This document shows positions 9,276 through 15,464 of a stretch of 64,000 nt of DNA, one piece after another. Position 1 is the first letter of the stretch; each line of letters opens with the position of its first letter. This stretch comes from Candidatus Iainarchaeum sp. (GTDB taxonomy: Archaea; Iainarchaeota; Iainarchaeia; Iainarchaeales; UBA10219), in contig JAGVWE010000005.1 of NCBI GenBank assembly GCA_018304425.1, positions 137,145 to 201,144 on the forward strand, read 5' to 3'. A model generated the notes under the pieces. The model searched no databases. It worked only from the letters and a program-made list of their open reading frames with translations, and was not told the DNA's origin. The position numbers were made by a program, and so were the translations under genes.

Positions 9276-10937
9276 ATGCCCGGCCCCCTAGAACCGCGAA
9301 GGTCAAAGTTGTCTCGCTGGCCGCGCCTCCTTCGACCAGCGCTAGGGCCTGCGCCAGTTGAATGGCGCGGAAAAGCAGTGCCCCATACCATTGAATTCAA
9401 TCCTGCCACCCAGCAGCACACGGGAATTAAGTCGGTGACCGTGGAACCTTTACAGGCCAGACACGTTGAAGGCCAGGAGAGCATCGGCTTACATCAAGTT
9501 GACATTCACTTGACTAGTGGGCGAACCTTTAAAGCGAGAATGCTGCCCGGGCTGGCCCGTGCACCGGTTGGAATTGTTTATCTCAAGGGAATGATTCCCC
9601 CTCCCGGCCAAAAAGCCGGTGTTGACCGGACTACATTCAGGGAAATGCGGAAAAGCGAGGAGGGCCAGAAGGCCTTTGCCGCCTTTGCGGAAGCCCAAAA
9701 GCTCAAGGAACAGAATATCCTCAAAGAGCTTTCCTCCAGGGGCCTGCCGGTCATCACTTTTGAATGGACTGGCACCTATGAAAACAAGGAGTTTGGAAGT
9801 TTTACGGAAGCAACCATGAAGGCCGACATCGATCGGGCCATTCAAGCCATGCATTTACTGACCGGCGCGAAAAAAGCGGTGCTGTCAGGGTGGAGTTTGG
9901 GTGCTACTGCCGCGTTATGGTATGGCGCCAAGCATGCAAACCGGCATGAGATCGCCGGCATACTTGGGATGAGCCCCTACCACGTGCAAAGAGAAGCGGG
10001 GCTTAGTGGCAGGCCCATAGGGATTCAACCAGAAGAAACCCGGGGACACGTCATACAAAGAATCGTGTCCCCGCAGTACCGTGACATGGCGGCAGTCCAA
10101 TTTGCTGAAAATTTTGAGGCAGGAAAAATTTTCGGGTTCCTGGGAGACCCATCCATGAGGCGGCTGGCACGCCTTCGAGTACCCATTGTATTGACCCACG
10201 GGGAGAGGGACATTCTTTCCTTTCACGGCCGCACAGAGCGGATTGCTGAAGAAATACGTAGATGGAGACAGGCACGAAACCTGCCAACCGATGACATTTA
10301 TTATGAACGGGTGCCTGGCACCGGCCATGATGCAATTACTGGAAGCCATGGCCGACTCCAGGGCCTGCTGGATTCACTTTTGTCAGACTTGTTTGGATTC
10401 CACCATACATTACACAGTTTCCCCCCTAGCGCAAGAAAGTTTGTACAAGAACTGCCACCTGAAAAGCAGCTTTCGATACTAATCCATCACCTCGAACACC
10501 AGCCTACTGGAAAAAAGCGAATTCCTTTAAGGACATACCATGACGCTGACAGAAAGGCTTGGACCGAGTTTAAACCGGTCATGCCTGGCGTGCCGCCTGT
10601 GATGGTGCATGGTGTGGGGGATAAGGTAATAAGCCAGGAAACGACCAGACGATTGACTGCGTTGCTTAAAACTATGAATGTGCTTCAGAGGGGACAAGAC
10701 CAAGTGATACCCCAGCATTTGGAAATTGTGCGGGAGATGGGTATCCCGATGGATAGGATTCCAGCGAACCAGACGGCGGAGAGAACCGAATTAATTGGAA
10801 GATTGAGAGCCCAGTTCGTTAAGTTATGCTATGAGACGGCCAAACAGGTGGGCGTCACTCCACGGGAATTCCTGGTTTTGGCAAGAATATTCGTTGGGAT
10901 GCCGGTTCGCCGGCTACGTCCACCAGCCGCCCCCTAA
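9276..10937 (+). CDS. Alpha/beta-hydrolase-fold protein with an unknown C-terminal extension of about 200 aa
   Basis: Nucleophile elbow GWSLG (GxSxG). Later THGERD and GTGHD motifs fit a Ser-Asp-His triad. The gene is visibly AT-richer than its neighbours. Confidence 0.7.
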   Translation: MPGPLEPRRSKLSRWPRLLRPALGPAPVEWRGKAVPHTIEFNPATQQHTGIKSVTVEPLQARHVEGQESIGLHQVDIHLTSGRTFKARMLPGLARAPVGIVYLKGMIPPPGQKAGVDRTTFREMRKSEEGQKAFAAFAEAQKLKEQNILKELSSRGLPVITFEWTGTYENKEFGSFTEATMKADIDRAIQAMHLLTGAKKAVLSGWSLGATAALWYGAKHANRHEIAGILGMSPYHVQREAGLSGRPIGIQPEETRGHVIQRIVSPQYRDMAAVQFAENFEAGKIFGFLGDPSMRRLARLRVPIVLTHGERDILSFHGRTERIAEEIRRWRQARNLPTDDIYYERVPGTGHDAITGSHGRLQGLLDSLLSDLFGFHHTLHSFPPSARKFVQELPPEKQLSILIHHLEHQPTGKKRIPLRTYHDADRKAWTEFKPVMPGVPPVMVHGVGDKVISQETTRRLTALLKTMNVLQRGQDQVIPQHLEIVREMGIPMDRIPANQTAERTELIGRLRAQFVKLCYETAKQVGVTPREFLVLARIFVGMPVRRLRPPAAP

Positions 10938-11111
10938 AGGCTATTTCCAGTTTTTAATCGGGTTCTTGTAATCCTGCTATTCCTTGTACGGTTACGGGAA
11001 GGGGAAAGTCGATTGCGGCCCATAATTGCTTTTGCCCTTGTAGGCAAGACAGGGACCTGTGATTAAACAAGGGAAGCAACCTATATTTTCCCGAATGGGC
11101 CATATACTGCC

Positions 11112-11687
11112 ATGTCGGCTCACCAGTATTGTCTAGAGAGCGGAGCGGCAGACGGCAATTGCCGGTTGTGCGTGCCGCTGCCTTCCCCCGGCGAGTTCTT
11201 CAAGGTGCCGGAACGCGAGTTGCTGGAAGGCATTGAAAAGAGAATGACCCTGGCCTCCGCCAAACTGGAACCCATTCTTTCCGTCCTCGTGGGCTTGCTG
11301 GAGGAAAACAAGCTGCGGTGCGCGATTGACTTCAGGGTCAAAAGCCTGGGAAGCATCCACTTCAAGATGCTGATAAAGGCCCGGCCACCGGAAAAGATAT
11401 ACGACTTGCTGGGCATCCGGTTCATCGTTGACTCGGCAGAGGACTGTTACCGGCTCGCCAACCTGCTGCACATGGAATTCGACTTCGTCGCCAGCGAGTT
11501 CGACGACTACATTGCCAAGCCCAAGAACAATTACCGTTCCCTGCACACGGTCCTGAAATGGGACGAGGAAACAGCCTTTGAAGTTCAAATCCGGACCCAG
11601 AAAATGCACGAGGACGCGGAAAGGGGCAGCGTGAGCCACTGGCAGTACAAGATCGGCTTGCTGCAGCACGTCCCGGGCTTCACGTGA
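11112..11687 (+). CDS. RelA/SpoT-domain nucleotide pyrophosphokinase (small alarmone synthetase-like)
   Basis: 191 aa matching the synthetase-domain motifs: FRVKSLGSIHFK, DLLGIRFIV, DDYIAKPKNNYRSLHTV, EVQIRTQKMHEDAE, HWQYK. Confidence 0.85.
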   Translation: MSAHQYCLESGAADGNCRLCVPLPSPGEFFKVPERELLEGIEKRMTLASAKLEPILSVLVGLLEENKLRCAIDFRVKSLGSIHFKMLIKARPPEKIYDLLGIRFIVDSAEDCYRLANLLHMEFDFVASEFDDYIAKPKNNYRSLHTVLKWDEETAFEVQIRTQKMHEDAERGSVSHWQYKIGLLQHVPGFT

Positions 11688-11689
11688 GA

Positions 11690-12202
11690 CTATTTCTCAT
11701 CCAACAACTTTTCGGTGAGGTCGGCAAAATCAAAGCGGCTGAACCGCGTTTCGTCGAGGATGATGAGCGCGCACTTGGGGTCCTCCAGGAGATAGGGGAA
11801 CCCGCCCAGGAACGCCTTCAATTCGGTCAACTTGTTGTGGAACTCCCGGTAGTCCCGGAAATGCGCGAAATGCGTGCTCTCGGTTTCCTCGAAGCTGGCG
11901 ACGATGGGCTTCAAGATTTCCAGGATTTTCGCCTTGGCCGCCTTCCGGTGGGCCGCGGAAGACAAGGGGTTGACCTTGAAGTGAATGGCGCCCAGATACT
12001 TGCATCCAAGGGCCTGCAGGTTCACCCACGCTTTTTGCACGAGATAACCCTCTTCCAGCAACCGGTTTTTGATGGCTGAAACCGTGGAAACACTTAAGCC
12101 CAGCTTGCCGGCAAGGGAACTATTCGTCAATTCAGGAAAGCGAAGCAAGGCCACCATCACCTTTTTCTCGCGATGGGTGAGGGTTTTCTTCATCCGCTTC
12201 AA
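11690..12202 (-). CDS. Winged-helix transcription regulator-like protein (paralogue 1)
   Basis: N-terminal wHTH (EKKVMVALLRFPELTNSSLAGKLGLSVSTVSAIKNRLLEEGYL) plus a C-terminal domain of about 100 aa. Clear paralogue of the upstream gene. Confidence 0.7.
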   Translation of the reverse strand: MKRMKKTLTHREKKVMVALLRFPELTNSSLAGKLGLSVSTVSAIKNRLLEEGYLVQKAWVNLQALGCKYLGAIHFKVNPLSSAAHRKAAKAKILEILKPIVASFEETESTHFAHFRDYREFHNKLTELKAFLGGFPYLLEDPKCALIILDETRFSRFDFADLTEKLLDEK

Positions 12203-12729
12203 GGCAATGCCTCCAACTTGTAAGCAAAGAGCTCCCGGAGTTTGTCGGTGAAATCAAAGAAGCGCTCGGTATGGGCAAGCTTCACGGGGCTCATGACCAG
12301 CGTGGTTTCGGCGAGAAACCCGAGCGCCGTATACCGATCCACCCACAGCTCGTGCAACAACCACTTGACTTCCGCGTAATCCCGCCCCAAAAAAAAACCA
12401 AGGTAATCCGTATCAGTCGTTTTCGCAAAAACAAGGTAAGGCACTCTCGAAATCTTGGCAAAAGCGGCGGTCTGCCGCCGCTTGGTAAACTGGATGCCGG
12501 GCTTGAACGAACCAAAGCAGGCACCCATCACGGTTACGTTCAACCGTTCCAGGTTAGGCAAATAAAAGTTTTTCACCACGCCTTTCCGGGTCAAGCGGTT
12601 GCGGACCGCGGTAAGCGAGGAACGCTTGACTTCCAGCCGCTGCGCCAACTCGACGTCGTTCAGGTCCGGATAGCGGCAGATGCCGTACAAGACCTTCTTC
12701 TCCAAGGACATGAGGCGAACCGGTCGCAT
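12199..12729 (-). CDS. Winged-helix transcription regulator-like protein (paralogue 2)
   Basis: Start trimmed to ATG 12729 (MRPVRLMSLEKK) because the ORF N-terminus overlaps tRNA-Leu and its T-tract terminator. wHTH is EKKVLYGICRYPDLNDVELAQRLEVKRSSLTAVRNRLTRKGVV. 4-nt overlap with the downstream paralogue. Confidence 0.7.
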   Translation of the reverse strand: MRPVRLMSLEKKVLYGICRYPDLNDVELAQRLEVKRSSLTAVRNRLTRKGVVKNFYLPNLERLNVTVMGACFGSFKPGIQFTKRRQTAAFAKISRVPYLVFAKTTDTDYLGFFLGRDYAEVKWLLHELWVDRYTALGFLAETTLVMSPVKLAHTERFFDFTDKLRELFAYKLEALP

Positions 12730-12753
12730 GACCTCTTTTATGCCCCTGAACGA

Positions 12754-12760
12754 ATTTAAT
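12754..12760 (-). promoter_or_regulatory. TATA box (ATTAAAT) for the wHTH pair
   Basis: Lies 24 nt upstream of ATG 12729, consistent with a leaderless or near-leaderless transcript. Confidence 0.4.
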
Positions 12761-12774
12761 GATATCCGTTCGCC

Positions 12775-12816
12775 AAAAAACGCCGGAAAAGCCGGAAAAA
12801 GGCGAAAAAAAAGGAG
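12775..12816 (-). terminator. Oligo-T terminator cluster after tRNA-Leu
   Basis: The minus strand reads T8, T5, T4 and T6 tracts within 42 nt, starting 5 nt after the tRNA 3' end. Oligo-T is the archaeal termination signal. Confidence 0.6.
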
Positions 12817-12899
12817 TGCGGGAGGGCGGATTCGAACCGCCGTAGCCGCTAGGGCGCGGGCCCTCAACCCGGTGTCGTTGGCCGCTTGACTACTCCCGC
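12817..12899 (-). tRNA. tRNA-Leu (anticodon GAG), type II with long variable arm
   Basis: Acceptor GCGGGAG/CTCCCGC, anticodon loop TTGAGGG, long variable arm, T arm GGCGG-TTCGAAT-CCGCC, discriminator A. One C-C mismatch at 27:43. Confidence 0.85.
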
Positions 12900-12961
12900 A
12901 ACTGACGAGGCGTCAGTTGACACCGCATACGTCGTCCCATCTGCGATGGGACATAAATATA
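12900..12961 (-). repeat. Family A element, short form, 5' of tRNA-Leu
   Basis: Minus strand: TATATTTAT, GTCCCATC-GCA-GATGGGAC, GACGTATGCGGTG, AACTGACG-CCT-CGTCAGTT. The last stem abuts tRNA nt +1. Near-identical architecture at 28838-28899. Confidence 0.75.
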
Positions 12962-12988
12962 CCAGTATCAGCCTGACCGCTTTAACTA

Positions 12989-13408
12989 TTACTTCTTGAG
13001 GTGGGCTTTTATTCGTTCGCTTACGGTTTCAAGCCCGGGCATTTCGGCTTTGAAGCGATTGTGCACGAAGTTCAAGCCGTCATCCGCCTTGCGGGGAATC
13101 ACGTGGAAGTGCACGTGGAAAATGACTTGCCCTGCGACCCGGTCGTTGGACTGCAAGATGTTGAAGCCCGGGCTGTCCGTGGCCTTCATGACGGCCGCAC
13201 CCAGCTTCTTGGCGGCCAGGATGGCGGCCGCAAGTTCCTCGTCCCGGGCCTCGGCCACGGTGGGCGCGTGCCGCTTGAGCACGACCAGGCAATGGCCGTC
13301 CGCAGCCGGATAGATGTCCATGAAGGAAACCACGTGCTCGTTTTCAAAGACTTTCACACAAGGCAACTGCCCGGCCACGACCTTGCAGAACACGCAGTCC
13401 GAATTCAT
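12989..13408 (-). CDS. HIT-family nucleotide hydrolase/transferase
   Basis: 139 aa with the histidine-triad motif HVHFHVIPR. Confidence 0.92.
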   Translation of the reverse strand: MNSDCVFCKVVAGQLPCVKVFENEHVVSFMDIYPAADGHCLVVLKRHAPTVAEARDEELAAAILAAKKLGAAVMKATDSPGFNILQSNDRVAGQVIFHVHFHVIPRKADDGLNFVHNRFKAEMPGLETVSERIKAHLKK

Positions 13409-14148
13409 TGAGTGCTTCCCTCTGCTGCTTTCTCGGGCTTGGAGATGTTCTCAATCTTTATCCAGAAGTTGAGGGCCTTGCCCACCATGGGATGGTTGAA
13501 GTCCACGCTCGCATGCGTGGCCGTTACCCCGACCACGGACAAAGGAAAGGGCACGCCCTCCGCGTACAACGTGTCCCCGACTTTTGGCTCGATGCCTTGC
13601 TGCTTCAATTCCGCCAAGGAACCCTCCTTGACCGGTTTGGGGTCGGGCAAGCCATAGGATTCCTCGGCAGACAAGTGAATGGATTTTTCCTCGCCCACTT
13701 TCATGCCGAGCACGGCCGCGTCAAAGCCCAGAATCATCAAGCCCATGCCGGCCACGAATTCCATGGGCCGGTTCCCGTTCTTCTCCGTGGAGTCAAACAC
13801 GGTGCCATCGTCAAAGGTTCCCTTGTAAAACACCCGAATGGTGTCGCCCTTTTCGACGACCAAGCCGTCAACGGGAGGGGTTGCCTCCGCCACCGGGCCA
13901 ACGGCCGGAGCCACTGGAGTCACCGGGGCCGGCGTGGAAAGCGCTTCCGTTGCCGGTGCGGGTGCTTCCACGGACAAGGGCTTTACCGGCTCTCCGCCAG
14001 CCACGGCACTGGGCCTTCCGCTGCCTGCCTGGGTGCTTGTACCCGCCTGGGTGCAACCCAGCACCAACAAGACGCCCATCAACGCCACGAAAACAGTGAA
14101 GTTCAAGTCATTCCCCTCCTCGTCAACGCCAAACAGAAAGCGATTCAA
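13405..14148 (-). CDS. FKBP-type peptidyl-prolyl cis-trans isomerase, membrane-anchored or secreted
   Basis: N-terminal hydrophobic segment ending LVLGCTQ, a Pro/Ala/Thr linker, then the FKBP core (IRVFYKGTFDDGTVFDST) with an inserted flap. 4-nt overlap with the HIT gene. Confidence 0.85.
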   Translation of the reverse strand: MNRFLFGVDEEGNDLNFTVFVALMGVLLVLGCTQAGTSTQAGSGRPSAVAGGEPVKPLSVEAPAPATEALSTPAPVTPVAPAVGPVAEATPPVDGLVVEKGDTIRVFYKGTFDDGTVFDSTEKNGNRPMEFVAGMGLMILGFDAAVLGMKVGEEKSIHLSAEESYGLPDPKPVKEGSLAELKQQGIEPKVGDTLYAEGVPFPLSVVGVTATHASVDFNHPMVGKALNFWIKIENISKPEKAAEGSTQ

Positions 14149-14297
14149 CCCATCAATTAAACTCCTGGAAGGAATTTAAAGGTATTCCCGGAAAAACCCC
14201 CCAAAAACAGGCGACCAAAGGCTTAAATACGAGTTATTTCCTCTTATAGTGGGTTTTTGGAACCCAATCAAGCATTTTCTGAATGGAGGGGTAATGG

Positions 14298-14930
14298 ATG
14301 GGATTCAACTTCGGTGCATTGCCAGGCGTCTTGACTAAGCCCAAGCAGGCTTTCAAGGACCTTGGCCCGCAAACCATGAAAGAAGGAGCAATTCTTGCCG
14401 CCTTGTTTTCAATTGTTGCCAGCGCCATATCTGGCGTGGTCGGCGGTCAAATGAATGTAGTGGGTTGGGTGGTTGGAGCAGTCGTGGCAGCCATCATCTT
14501 GGTAGCCACCGGCTGGCTGGCAGCCATGCTGGCCAAGATGGTATTCCACGGCAGCGGAAACACCCGCAACACCGTGGGCTACCTGGGTTATGGCTCGTTC
14601 CTGGGCGTCGTTTCAGCCATCGTTGGCGCGGTGCTCGGCATGATGGGCCTGGGCATGATGGGCAGCGTGACCCCCGCGAATGCCATGGCCATGGCAGGCG
14701 GCGCCCTCGGCGTTGCCGCCATCGTGGGCCTGGTTTTCTTCCTGTGGTCGCTCTACATCAACGGCGCAGCAGTGGGAACCGCGAACGGCATTCGCCTCAT
14801 TTTCGGTGCGATTTCCTTCTTTGTCGCGGCATTAATCGTGGGCATAGTTGTGGGCACGATTCTCGTCATGGTGCTGGGCATGATTGGCCTGGGCGCCATG
14901 ATGGGCGGCGCAGCCGCGATAGCCGGATGA
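14298..14930 (+). CDS. Gly/Ala-rich polytopic membrane protein (Yip1-like; tentative)
   Basis: 210 aa with 5 hydrophobic helices after a short soluble N-terminus. GGAGGGG Shine-Dalgarno-like motif upstream of the ATG. Confidence 0.6.
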   Translation: MGFNFGALPGVLTKPKQAFKDLGPQTMKEGAILAALFSIVASAISGVVGGQMNVVGWVVGAVVAAIILVATGWLAAMLAKMVFHGSGNTRNTVGYLGYGSFLGVVSAIVGAVLGMMGLGMMGSVTPANAMAMAGGALGVAAIVGLVFFLWSLYINGAAVGTANGIRLIFGAISFFVAALIVGIVVGTILVMVLGMIGLGAMMGGAAAIAG

Positions 14931-14951
14931 TCAAACCAGTCGAGGATTGGC

Positions 14952-14989
14952 GCGGCTGGGAACAGCCGCGGCCCCTGTTTTTTCTTTTT
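14952..14989 (+). terminator. Hairpin plus T-tract terminator
   Basis: GCGGCTG-GGAA-CAGCCGC followed by TGTTTTTTCTTTTT, about 20 nt after the stop of the preceding CDS. Confidence 0.55.
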
Positions 14990-15062
14990 CCCCTTATGTA
15001 GTGAGCCCCGGGAAAAGCATTTTTAAACACGATGGACGCCTATCAGTAAAGTATTGGGAGTT

Positions 15063-15143
15063 AAGGAGGTAAGTCACACTGCTCAATCCCCTTCGGGGGT
15101 GGCGCCTGTAACCGGGTGCTGCAGCTCCCTGGCTTACCTCTTT
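15063..15143 (+). ncRNA. Candidate small structured RNA (unclassified)
   Basis: TTTTTAAA box at 15020-15028. An 11-bp closing stem (AAGGAGGTAAG/CTTACCTCTTT) encloses a CCCC-UUCG-GGGG hairpin and a GGGTGC-TGCA-GCTCCC hairpin. T5 tract at 15156-15160. No plausible CDS here. Confidence 0.25.
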
Positions 15144-15215
15144 TCACTTACTCTGTTTTTCCGGCAAACCCCACCCCTTATTAATCGTTTTCGGATGGAA
15201 TTGGATACCAGCGCC

Positions 15216-15394
15216 GCGGAGGTGGCAGAGTGGTCTAATGCGCCAGCCTGGAAAGGCCTTGAACCCTGTAAGGGTTTACAAAAGGCCTGCGAAAAGGGGT
15301 CATACGTTGTATGGCCCTGCCTGATAAGGCCGCAGGAAGGTTCCAGCGAGCTGGTTTCCGCAAGGAAGCACGAGTTCGAATCTCGTCCTCCGCG
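15216..15394 (+). tRNA. tRNA-Ser (anticodon GGA) with a 95-nt intron at the canonical 37/38 position (about 15254-15348)
   Basis: Exons fold as a type II tRNA: acceptor GCGGAGG/CCTCCGC, anticodon stem CCAGC...GCTGG, loop CTGGAA+A, variable arm TTCC-GCAA-GGAA, T arm ACGAG-TTCGAAT-CTCGT. Intron 3' TTCC pairs with GGAA of the anticodon loop, and AAGG with intron CCTT, giving a bulge-helix-bulge. Confidence 0.85.
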
Positions 15395-15464
15395 CTGCCC
15401 TTTCCTTCTTTTCCTGGATGGGGGACGCGCTTTGCCTTTTAACCTTTTCCCATCCTAACACAGT

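Noticed and set aside
10938-11687. toxSAS toxin-antitoxin operon
   Set aside because: No small co-directional ORF overlaps or abuts the SAS gene. The neighbours are a 175-nt spacer upstream and convergent genes downstream. A toxin role remains only a possibility.
12730-12867. N-terminal 46 codons of ORF 12199..12867
   Set aside because: They overlap tRNA-Leu and its oligo-T terminator. An internal ATG sits at leaderless distance from a TATA box.
12900-12961. C/D-box or H/ACA sRNA fused upstream of tRNAs
   Set aside because: CTGA occurs, but there is no RUGAUGA C box in any of the four copies. There is no ACA box at the expected distance and no K-turn arrangement.
15054-15458. 134-aa plus-strand ORF
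   Set aside because: It reads straight through the tRNA-Ser(GGA) gene and its intron, so it is not credible as a CDS.
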